From assembly GCF_001194135.2 (NCBI RefSeq), contig NC_068983.1, positions 28,643,373 to 28,701,097 of the forward strand: DNA of 57,725 nucleotides. The letters are read 5' to 3'. Made by a program: the position numbers and the translations under genes. The DNA is from Octopus bimaculoides. Lineage: Eukaryota. Shown one piece after another: positions 1-10,891 of this stretch (position 1 is the stretch's first letter; the number at the start of each line of letters is the position of its first letter). Below the pieces are notes generated by a model. The model had not been told where the DNA came from. It did no database searches and worked only from the letters and a program-made list of their open reading frames with translations.

Positions 1-56
<56 letters not shown>

Positions 57-60
57 TGTG

Positions 61-283
61 TATAAGGGTGCTGAAAAGTTCCTAGCTTTGGGTAAAAGAA
101 AATACAGGAGGTTCAGTTAATTATGATTTCATCCCAACATATTTTTCTCTCAGATTTACATGCTTTATTGCAGCAGTCCTTCAGTTTTTTTAAGCCCTGT
201 AAAAGAACTTGGAATGTTGGGCCTTCAGCCAGACCTATTATGATACCCTTAAAACCAGGAACTTTTCTACACCCCCTTATGTA
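61..283. mobile_element. Tc1/mariner-type MITE (family M1, copy 1)
   Basis: Imperfect TIRs TAAGGGTGCTGAAAAGTTCCTAG ... CCAGGAACTTTTCTACACCCCCTTA flanked by TA. Homologous along its length to 24835-25054. Confidence 0.75.
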
Positions 284-1889
284 TGCACACACACATGCAT
301 GCATACACATACGCACCATTTATATTTAGTTTTCTGATGAAATAATCTTGATCTTGATTTGCTCCACCAAATCTCAACTGTTACAACACTGATGTAACTG
401 CATACATATATATATGCTTACAGACATACATATGTATGGGTGTGAGTGAGTGTATGTGTGTGTGAGCAAAGTATGTGGTGGCTATGTGCATGTGAGTATT
501 TTGTATGCGTTTGTACTCTTGAAAATATCATTATGAGAGGATGAACATAAAAAGAAGGAATTGAATAAAATGTATATTTACAGTCTCTAGTCATAATGAA
601 TAATTATAAGAGGAACTTTCCATAATTGGCAGAAAAAAAATGCAGATTTTATAGCAATATCAAGCGATTCTTTCAGTAGGTCTTGCACATGATTAATTCT
701 AATACAGTAATTTATATCTATATACAGTCAGTGGCCTTTAATAAAATATATAGACATACAAAGTGTACAAACCAATAAGAAAGCATCTAGAAATAAGAGT
801 CAAATCTCCCCCTAAACGGGCTGTAAAAAAGAAGGCGCAATGGATAATGTAGTCCAAGACAAACCTTGTTTATAAGCAAGATTGGATGGTCACAGCTGAA
901 ATGCCTTTAATCATAGGTTTAGATGGTTAAGTTTAGTTTGGACTTAAAAACAACAGCAATAGAGGTACAAACCCAACAGTAGAGAGATTGCATGCTCAGA
1001 TTGTCATGCTCCCACCCCCATATATTTAACCCTTGTATGTCATGTCAGACTGCAAAGTGTAGTTCTCTGCAAGGCAGCAGCATGGTATATCTACATTAAC
1101 AAAGCCATGGGTCTGACATTCTAGATGTACCATGCTGCTGCCTGGTTTCTTGCCTGGCTACCAGTATACAATGCATGCTATAGGGGCTACACAACAACAA
1201 AAATAACAACAACCAAATGTGGGGAAAAAGAAAAAAAATTGAAGAGGCAAAAAGAAATGCTGTGATTTCTAATAGAAGAGAAGATCAGGACTGAAACATT
1301 TTAAATCTCTTAAATACAAGACTTTGGAGACATCTAAAGAGTTCAGAAATGATCTTAGGTAGAAGATTTCATCCATTGTTTGATCTAATACCACTGCCTT
1401 ATCTTAAGTGCTTTAGCAGAAACGTCTCTATTATGGCTATGTAGTTCCAAAGCTTGCTTCACAAATCTATGGATTTTCAGATTTGATCCCATTTAAGACA
1501 TCTTCAACTGGTGACTTCTACTAAAGCATTGGGTTGACCAATGCTTTCTTAGTGAAATTAGGTAGATGAAAACTGTATAGAAACCTTTCGTGTATGTGTA
1601 TGTGCATGTTTTTGTATGTGTCTGTATACGTTTGCATGTATGTGTCTTCACACTGTCACCACTTGCGTAGTGCTGTTGTTGCTTATGTCTTATATAAACA
1701 AAATACTTGATATCTTGATGGTTCAACATGCAAAGATGTAGAATAAAGCATTTTATTTGTAAACAAGTAATGGTTAGCATCATGAATGGCATCTCGCTGT
1801 AGAACACTGTCACAAAAATCCCTTCTAACTCATGCCAACATTGGAACAAAACGAAATCACACATAAAAAAAACAAAAAAAAAAAAGACA

Positions 1890-2062
1890 GGCGCAGGAGT
1901 GGCTGTGTGGTAAGTAGCTTGCTTACCAGCCACATGGTTCTGGGTTCAGTCCCACTGTGTGGCACCTTGGGCAAGTGTCTTCTACTATAGTCTCAGGCTG
2001 ACCAAAGCCTTCTAAGTGGATTTGGTAGACGGAAACTGAAAGAAACCCATTGTATATATGTG

Positions 2063-2129
<67 letters not shown>

Positions 2130-2332
2130 GTGTCTGTGTTTGTCCCCCCCAACATCGCTTGACAACCGATGCTGCTGAGTTTACGTCCCCATAACTTAGT
2201 GGTTCGGCAAAAGGGACCGATAGAATAAGTACTAGGCTTACAAAGAATAAGTCCTGGGGTCTATTTGCTCGACTAAAGGCAGTGCTCCAGCATGGCCACA
2301 GTCAAATGACTGAAACAAGTAAAAAAGTAAAA
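1890..2332 (+). mobile_element. tRNA-derived SINE family A (full length)
   Basis: Pol III-like A box TGGCTGTGTGG (~1900) and B box GGTTCAGTCCC (~1943), then GCACCTTGGGCAAGTGTCTT, an internal (TA)n(TG)n tract and a 3' tail ACAAGTAAAA(G)AGTAAAA. More than 10 homologues in the window. Confidence 0.92.
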
Positions 2333-2760
2333 ATAATGATGTTGATGCTGCTGCTACTGCTAATGATAAGGATGATGACAGTAGTATATGATCACAGTGT
2401 AATGTTTGATTTCAGTTAATATGATGATGATTAGAAAACCAATATCACACACTTATTGGTTAATAATTAATTAACAGATACAGAGCTCAGCAAAATAGCA
2501 TTTACTATAATGTAGATATCAGACTGTAAAATATTCACACCACCAGACAAAAACTATATGAAGCATGATAAACTGTGTCCAAAGTTCTTATCGTTATATC
2601 TGTAATGCTTAGATCATAATAAAGCAGTATTACAAATATTGGATTCAAATTTTGGCACAGGGCCACCAACCAATCCAAGAATTGAATCCATAGCCTTAGG
2701 ATCACGAATTAAATACTTTAACCATTAGACCAAGCATTTTCACAGGCTGATATAGCAAGA

Positions 2761-3149
2761 GTGTGGAGGCGCAATGGCCCAGTGGTTAGGGCAGCGGACT
2801 CACAGTCATAGGATCGTGGTTTCGATTCCCAGACCGGGCGTTGTGAGTGTTTACTGAGCGAAAACACCTAAAGCTCCACGAGGCGCCGGCAGGGGATGGT
2901 GGTGAACCCTGCTGTACTCTTTCACCACAACTTTCTCTCACTCTTACTTCCTGTTTCTGTTGTGCCTGTAATTCAAAGGGCCAGCCTTGTCACACTGTGT
3001 CACGCTGAATATCCCCGAGAACTACGTTAAGGGTACATGTGTCTGTGTGGAGTGCTCAGCCACTTGCACGTTAATTTCACGAGCAGACTGTTCCGTTGTT
3101 CAGATCAACTGGAACCCTCGACGTTGTAAGCTACGGAGTGCCAACAACA
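2761..3149 (+). mobile_element. tRNA-derived SINE family B (full length, with TSD)
   Basis: A box TGGCCCAGTGG, B box GGTTTCGATTCC, (CAA)n tail. Flanking direct repeat ATAGCAAGA(GTG) at 2752 and 3150. Close homologues at 7981 and 40096. Confidence 0.93.
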
Positions 3150-4216
3150 ATAGCAAGAGTGCAATTACTACTATTCCTGCTACCCTTGAATTTTTTCTAA
3201 GTTCCTAACGTAAATGTTCGTGTATTCTTTTCGCCTGTCATTTTTGACATGTTATCCATTATTAATACTGTATTATCATGTCATTCCATAACATATAATG
3301 CACATTAGCTGTAAAGTCAAGATATTGGATGACTGAGCACACACTCACACAGTTATGACTCTAAACTTTACATCAACAATGGCCAAGAAATATATCTTTC
3401 CCTCCCACTGTCTGCTTGGCTGACAATGGTTCCCATTTCTAATATACTGTTTAGTTGTCAGAAGTGGACAAGAATGCAACTAAAAATCAATAATCCCAAA
3501 TATGCCACATTTTCAAAATGTGAAAAAAGAATTTACTTGAACAAGGAAAATGAAAATAAAACAATATTTGAAAATTCTATTTTTATGATCTTTATATCCT
3601 ACTCCAAACAAAAGCATAAATGTAGAATCATTTACAGTTTTGAATACACAGAAATTCTTGGAAATTCTTTCATCCATCATATTTTCTCGTCAGCTTGTTT
3701 AACCAACTTCATGGAAAACTTATTTTGACAGATGTTATCAATCACATTATATTTATATATAATCCAGGACAAAAATCATCTCTTGAATCCAAGTTAAGGA
3801 TTAAATATTGCATTTGTGTGATAGAGATTGAATATTAATATCATCTTACCTTACTGCAATTCAAAGATAAAATAGGTTCTTACTTACCTGTAAAGAAAAG
3901 AAAAAGAAGATATATTATTATTTAATAACAAGCAGATTCATTTTTCTATCCAAACATTTATTATATTCAAAATTCATATTTACATATTACACATAGTAGA
4001 CCATATATATAATCCATTTATCTCAAATGTCCATCTTTTTTCCCACTAAGAAGGTTTTAATGTAGATTAACACCAATCTATACTGCAGAAACAATATTTA
4101 GAAGAACTCAAATTAAGTGCAATCTGTGCTGGAGATAAAAAGGTCCAGGAGAAAACAGAATAACACAATTTTAACATGGGCATCACAACAGATTTTTAAG
4201 ATTTGTTTTTCGTTTG

Positions 4217-4448
4217 TTTGACCATTTAGTCTCCAGATTACAATATCAAATGCAATACAGATTTACTAACATCATTATAAATTCAATCGTGCATTATCAT
4301 CACATTCTTTAAATAATTTTATGATGTAAAAGTTTATTTTTAGAATGACATTATGGGATAGAGGTAGAAGACAGATCTGGTCACTTTGAACATAAAACAG
4401 GTGGAATATTTGGATCAGTTGAGGCCATTTTAAATGTCAAAGGGTTAA
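4217..4448. mobile_element. Degenerate piggyBac-type MITE
   Basis: Right end AAATGTCAAAGGG-TTAA and decayed left end TTTGA-CCATTTAG resemble a CCC...GGG TIR with TTAA target sites. Confidence 0.4.
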
Positions 4449-4508
4449 AGAAAAAAGTTTTAATTTATAAATTTAGCAACTTCCTCTCTCTCTCTCTTTC
4501 AATGTGTA

Positions 4509-4549
<41 letters not shown>

Positions 4550-4874
4550 ACACACACACACACACATATCTATGTATTAAAGATATTATGGGGCATACAT
4601 AATTTTATCCATCACTGCATTCATAAATTAAATTTAGTGAACATATAAGATTGTTTTAAACGTATGACAAGTTATGTATGACATGTTTATACAATTTTAC
4701 CATGAAAGCAAATTGGTAATCAACTAGATATTATGAATGTCTTACATATCTTGGTATCTCATAATGCTATTTAATTTATGAAAGGTAAATTATAAGAGGT
4801 TGTTACATTTTCCTTCCTGTTAAAATGATTAAAAATATATGGAATATTTGTATTTTTACAGGCTGCCTTTGTTA

Positions 4875-5002
4875 GGCATAGGAGTGGCTGTGTGGTAAGT
4901 AGCATGCTTACCAACCACATGGTTCCAGGTTCAGTCCCACTGAGTGGCATCTTGTGAGTGGATTTGGTAGATGGAAACTGAAAGAAGCCTGTTGTATATA
5001 TG

Positions 5003-5035
<33 letters not shown>

Positions 5036-5252
5036 ATGTGTTTGTGTGTCTGTGTTTGTCCCCCCAACATCGCTTGACAACCGATGCCGGTGTGTTTATG
5101 TTCCCGTCACTTAGCGGTTCGGCAAAAGAGACCGATAGAATAAGTACTAGGCTTACAAAGAATAAGTTCTGGGATCAATTTGCTCGACTAAGGGCGGTGC
5201 TCCAGCATGGCCACAGTCAAATGACTGAAACAAGTAAAAGAGTAAAAGAGTA
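4875..5252 (+). mobile_element. SINE family A (full length)
   Basis: Homologous to 1890-2332 along its length, with a shorter internal microsatellite and an (AGTAAAAG)n tail. Confidence 0.92.
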
Positions 5253-6366
5253 ATTTGCTTATATTGTTTACTGTTAGTTAGAGTCATCACCAAGAGTAGT
5301 ATTTTATGTCTGTTTTTCCATGTTAACAAAGTTTGGATGGTTTGTCTGAGAGGGTTTTACAGTCAGATATTCTTCCTGTTGCTAAGAATTTTGATTGCTT
5401 CTTACAACACACAGGGATGCAGTGTATTCTAAAATTCATAATCAACTATTTAGTGCTAAATAAATAAAATTCAAAAACTGGTTCTATTTAATATAACTGT
5501 TGGGTGTGGATTGGAAGAGAGAGAATTTACTTTAATCTACTATTTCATATTTAGTAACATTGTGTGTCATAATGTCTTGTCAATTAGACAGTGGAAATCA
5601 GAGAGGGCCACCATTATTGGGCTGTGCTCAGGACATCAGTTGGCCTTAATCCAACCTTGGTTGTGACTAATCATAATTTATTTCAGCAAGATTACAAAAC
5701 GTAAGTCCAGTGAGTTCATAAGATGTAACATTGGACACTCTACAATGTCTTGTTTGTTTTGATTTTGATTAAATCATGCTGGGGCATGTTAAGTATTTCA
5801 TTACTCTGTCTTCAACAAGTGTGCAGTGCAAGAGATTTAATTGTCTTTGCTTGTTCCACAGCAAAAATATAAAAATAAATGTTTTTGTGTCTTATGAAAA
5901 CAAATCAATTTTATGAAATAAACTTTAATGGAAATGCTCTAACCAAAGATTACTTATAAATCATTTCAGCTTAGTGTTTGACAGACTATTTTTAATTCTA
6001 AACTAAAACTAACTCTGTTCACTTCAAGACAATACAGCTGTAAAGGTTTTGTGGATAACCCTGCACTTGTTACTTAGTGATTTCGCAAAATAAATCCACA
6101 ACTAGCCTAAAATTACAAGAAGACTTGGGGTAGTTTTCGAAAATATTCAAACAAAATTATTCAAACAAAAACGGGGTGTTTAACAAGGTGCTGACAGATT
6201 ATAAATTACAGGTACAGTCATAGAGTCAAGAAGTTAGCATCAAAGTCGAGTGCTTCCAGGCTGAATCTCACAGTTCAGTATCTTAAGTAATTTCTACTAC
6301 CAAATAACAAAAACCTTGTGTGTATCATTTGGGGGATTGGGAACTATACAGATTTCCAGTAGATGG

Positions 6367-6404
<38 letters not shown>

Positions 6405-6410
<6 letters not shown>

Positions 6411-6560
6411 GGAGAATTCACGAAAAAACAAGACGAAGACAGGTGGTGTAGACAACAAATGGATGTATTAGTATAATGCTCAGGAATATAGAAAGTCTTT
6501 AACATTTCGAGCCTAAGCTCTTCAACAGAAAGGAACACAGAAAGAAACAAGGAGAGAAAA
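6405..6560 (-). mobile_element. Dispersed repeat family D (Penelope-LTR-like remnant) carrying a degenerate minimal hammerhead
   Basis: Reverse complement aligns to 18925-19052 (TTCC-TTCTG.TGAAGAGC.TAGGCTCGAAA..T.AAAG ... ACTAATACA ... CCTGTCTTC). Both copies end in (TA)n. The Penelope assignment is an inference from the hammerhead. Confidence 0.6.
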
Positions 6561-6564
6561 AAAA

Positions 6565-6625
6565 GGTGGTGCTCCAGCATGGCTGCAGTCAAATGACTGA
6601 AACAAGTAAAAGAGTAAAAGAGTAT
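6565..6625 (+). mobile_element. SINE family A 3' end fragment
   Basis: GGTGCTCCAGCATGGCTGCAGTCAAATGACTGAAACAAGTAAAAGAGTAAAAGAG matches the family A tail. Confidence 0.85.
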
Positions 6626-7980
6626 ATATACATATATATACATATGTGTGTGTGTGTATACATACATATATATATATATACATACATATACATATACACA
6701 CACATGCGCACGTGTGTGTGTGTCAATATGTCAAAAGAATTCACTGAGCTACAGTAAGAGATGAAACCTCCTCCCTCTATCTTCACCAAATATCAACCAA
6801 GTTCATGTCTTCCATCATTTACCCATTCTTGAGGTTACTTAATCACCCTTTTTGGGATCTTCATGCTCCTTTTTTATTGTATAATTTGTTCCTGCATGAC
6901 CATATTCACCAGAAGTAGAGTGCTACAGTGTTGTATTATATACCTACTATAAACCACTTCATTTTACACCTTTTAACAACTGATAGAAATTTTCATATTT
7001 TACTGTCTTCTATATAATTTATTTGTTGACACTTTCATTAATTTGAAGGGTGTTTTAGTTTGTCGCTTGTGAACTAAAGTAGTTTCCTTAGTTTGATATT
7101 CATATAGAATTCAAAATATCTATTTATAACATTTCATTTCAAAAGCCATGATACTTTATTTGCTTTTGGTATCCAATATCCATGATTCATACCAATAAAG
7201 TAGAGCTGAAATTATGCTTGCTCTTAAATAGATGCAGTTTTTTTTTCTCTTTTGTTATTATTGCATTCTTCTTATTTTTCTTGAACAGGGAACTTTGCTA
7301 ATTTCTATAAAGCAATATTAGTAAGATACCATCATGAAAAAAACTCAGTTGAATCAAACTATTCCTCAATTAAACCTTAAGTGTGATGTAGTCTTAGTCC
7401 TGTATATAGTTCTATTTACACTTAACCTACATAATATTATAAAATGTTCCAAGTTAAGGTTCAATAAAAAGAACAGACTTAATCAGAGCAGAAAAGCCAG
7501 TTTCCATGGCACTTTTCAAAAACTTTGGCACTGGTGGATGGAAGGGAAGACGCTACTCTTTGACCAGACTAAAACCTAGTCCAAATGCCTGCAGCAGAGT
7601 GGACCCTGCTAAAGGTATCCAAGTTCCAAGAGGGGATGGTGTTCAATTGAGTGACTAATTAAGTCTACTACTGAAATAGGGACAGTCTATCTAATAGTTT
7701 TTCACAGTTTCAGGCTACCAAATCTTGCCTTTCATAGTTTTGTTCAACTCAAGAAGAAGATACCTACTCAAGGTGATGATACACAACGGAATTGAACTGA
7801 AGACTATGTAATTTCAAAACAAAATTCTGAACTACATTGCTACAATTTATTTTCTCTTGTCCAGTTTAGCAGTTGTAATAGCTTTAATATTCTAGAAATG
7901 AATCTTTGTCAGTTTTGTTGATTAGTCACTTGTTCAATCAACTGAACTACCCACTAATTAAATAAATCATATGTAATTGA

Positions 7981-8352
7981 GTGTGGAGGCACAATAGCCT
8001 AGTGGTTAGGGCAGCGGACTCGCGGTTTCGATTCCCAGACCGGGCGTTGTGAGTGTTTATTGAGCAAAAACACCTAAAGCTCCACAAGGCTCCGGCAGGG
8101 AATGGTGGCGAACCCTGCTGTACTCTTTCACCACAACTTTCTCTCACTCTTACTTCCTGTTTCTGTTGTGCCTGTAATTCAAAGGATCAGCCTTGTCACA
8201 CTGTGTCACGCTGAATATCTCCAAGAACTACGCTAAGGGTACACTTGTCTGTGGAGTGCTCAGCCACTTGCACGTTAATTTCACGAGCAGGTTGTTCCGT
8301 TGATCGGATCAACTGGAACCCTCGACGTCCTAAGCGACGGAGTGCCAACAAC
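7981..8352 (+). mobile_element. SINE family B, with a short deletion in the tRNA head
   Basis: Aligns to 2761-3149 but lacks ~14 nt between CGGACT and CGCGGTTTCG. CAACAAC tail. Confidence 0.92.
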
Positions 8353-8415
8353 ATATGAATCTTTAATATAATTCTTAAGCAGAATCAGTGTAACAGAATG
8401 TGACAAGGTTAGAGC

Positions 8416-8644
8416 TTCAACCCTTCTGATACCAACCTACCTGACACTACTCCTGAGTCTATGATACAAACACCCAGTTTTGAAATGATTTTAATTAAAA
8501 ATCTTCCATCAAAGTTTGATATTTATGTTCCAAACATTAGCTTAAGAAATGACAAAGTTATTTTAATAAATTCATCATTTTAGAAATTAAGTGAAACAGA
8601 GGAAGCAGTGTATTTCAACAGAAATATGGTAACAAAATGGTTAA
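8416..8644. mobile_element. Degenerate piggyBac-type MITE
   Basis: Ends TTCAA-CCCTTCTGATACC ... GGTAACAAAATGG-TTAA form imperfect TIRs with TTAA-like flanks. Confidence 0.45.
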
Positions 8645-8817
8645 ATTACAAGCATAATCCATTTAAAAGACTTCTGTTAAGTACCATCCGACCTAATTTC
8701 ACTCACAAGGTTTAGGCAAACTAGAGACTATGCTAAAAGACACTTGCTCAAGATACCATACAGTAGAATCGAAAAATAGACCTCATGAATGCAAAATTAA
8801 TTTCCTAATCACTCAGC

Positions 8818-9028
8818 CATCATCATCATCATCATCCACTGTTTTAAATCCAGGTTTTGTCCCTGTTAATGGTGGTGGCTGGATCTACCTCAATGCCATA
8901 GCAACCACCCTCACACCATCTCGCCATCTTGCCCAGTTTTGGGCATCCTCCTTTTTCAGACCAACCCTTCCAATCTTCTCTTCCACCTGTCCACTCCACT
9001 TTTTCCTCAGTCTACCTCACTTTCACGT
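8818..9028 (-). mobile_element. RTE-like LINE 3' end with (GAT)n tail
   Basis: Minus strand encodes RKKWRGQVEEKIGRVGLKKEDAQNWARWRDGVRVV (RTE ORF C-terminus), then a short UTR and (GAT)n. Cut by an N gap. Confidence 0.75.
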
Positions 9029-10094
9029 NNNNNNNNNNNNNNNNNNNNNNNNNNNNNNNNNNNNNNNNNNNNNNNNNNNNNNNNNNNNNNNNNNNNNNNN
9101 NNNNNNNNNNNNNNNNNNNNNNNNNNNNNNNNNNNNNNNNNNNNNNNNNNNNNNNNNNNNNNNNNNNNNNNNNNNNNNNNNNNNNNNNNNNNNNNNNNNN
9201 NNNNNNNNNNNNNNNNNNNNNNNNNNNNNNNNNNNNNNNNNNNNNNNNNNNNNNNNNNNNNNNNNNNNNNNNNNNNNNNNNNNNNNNNNNNNNNNNNNNN
9301 NNNNNNNNNNNNNNNNNNNNNNNNNNNNNNNNNNNNNNNNNNNNNNNNNNNNNNNNNNNNNNNNNNNNNNNNNNNNNNNNNNNNNNNNNNNNNNNNNNNN
9401 NNNNNNNNNNNNNNNNNNNNNNNNNNNNNNNNNNNNNNNNNNNNNNNNNNNNNNNNNNNNNNNNNNNNNNNNNNNNNNNNNNNNNNNNNNNNNNNNNNNN
9501 NNNNNNNNNNNNNNNNNNNNNNNNNNNNNNNNNNNNNNNNNNNNNNNNNNNNNNNNNNNNNNNNNNNNNNNNNNNNNNNNNNNNNNNNNNNNNNNNNNNN
9601 NNNNNNNNNNNNNNNNNNNNNNNNNNNNNNNNNNNNNNNNNNNNNNNNNNNNNNNNNNNNNNNNNNNNNNNNNNNNNNNNNNNNNNNNNNNNNNNNNNNN
9701 NNNNNNNNNNNNNNNNNNNNNNNNNNNNNNNNNNNNNNNNNNNNNNNNNNNNNNNNNNNNNNNNNNNNNNNNNNNNNNNNNNNNNNNNNNNNNNNNNNNN
9801 NNNNNNNNNNNNNNNNNNNNNNNNNNNNNNNNNNNNNNNNNNNNNNNNNNNNNNNNNNNNNNNNNNNNNNNNNNNNNNNNNNNNNNNNNNNNNNNNNNNN
9901 NNNNNNNNNNNNNNNCGGTGGTGGTGGTGATGGTGGTGGTTTTCATTAAGTAGTCGACAACAAGGAGGTAAATTATTGCAATTCTCCTCAGGTCTAGGAA
10001 ACGAAACAAACTTAGCGTTTTTCTTCTTCCTTGCAACCAGCATTTGCAAATCAATTAAGAATTCTTCAGCTAAAAGAAAGAGAGAGATAGGGAG

Positions 10095-10138
<44 letters not shown>

Positions 10139-10356
10139 ACAAAAAGTGAAAAAGTGAGACTGGTATATCAAGAAGAATTTTGATCTCACCCATTTCCAAT
10201 TATAACCATGCACATACATATCATGTACAACACAAAATCAATGTCACATACAATACACATATATACATCTTACATACAACATACACTCACATGCATATAT
10301 AGCTTACATACACATACACATGCATATATATATATATATATATATANNNNNNNNNN

Positions 10357-10594
10357 GCCCAGTTTTGGGCATCCTCCTTTTTCAGACCAACCCTTCCAAT
10401 CTTCTCCTCCACCTGTCCCCTCCACTTTTTCCTCAGTCTACCTCACTTTCACGTTCCATTTACCTCAAACGCAATCACCCTCCTCAGAACATGCACTTCA
10501 TCCCTCCTCAACGCATGCCCATACCACCTCACTCCATTTTTCCTTGCCAGCCATTCCACCAATTGAAGCCATACTACTTCTAACTCCCTTAGAT
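10357..10594 (-). mobile_element. RTE-like LINE RT C-terminal fragment (pseudogenised)
   Basis: Minus-strand translation NGVRWYGHALRRDEVHVLRRVIAFEVNGT*K*GRLRKKW has the RW(Y/F)GHxxR ... GRxRKxW motifs typical of RTE ORFs. Confidence 0.8.
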
Positions 10595-10891
10595 CAGGGG
10601 TTTTCAAACTTTTTGACTTGCGGACCCCTTTATATTTCAGGCTTTACCTTAGGGACCCCCTTATAAACGCTTATGAAATTTATACATAAATATTTGCTTA
10701 AAATAACATATATTTTTACATTTATTTATTTAACAGTATTTAACAAATAGGTTTATTGTCAATTAAAAGATTTCGATTAAAAAACATATCTAAAATCAAA
10801 TTGCCCATAAAAAGTATTTGCTGTCCACGGACCCCCTGTCTTGTCCTTGCGGACCCCCTGTGGTCCATGGACCACAGTTTGAAAACCCCTG
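10595..10891. mobile_element. hAT-superfamily MITE, 297 bp
   Basis: Perfect 16-bp TIRs CAGGGGTTTTCAAACT / AGTTTGAAAACCCCTG and a perfect 8-bp TSD CCTTAGAT (10587-10594, 10892-10899). Confidence 0.95.

Noticed and set aside
1890-1960. tRNA-like sequences at SINE heads (also 2761, 7981, 40400)
   Set aside because: They have A/B boxes but run straight into SINE bodies without a complete cloverleaf; these are not tRNA genes.
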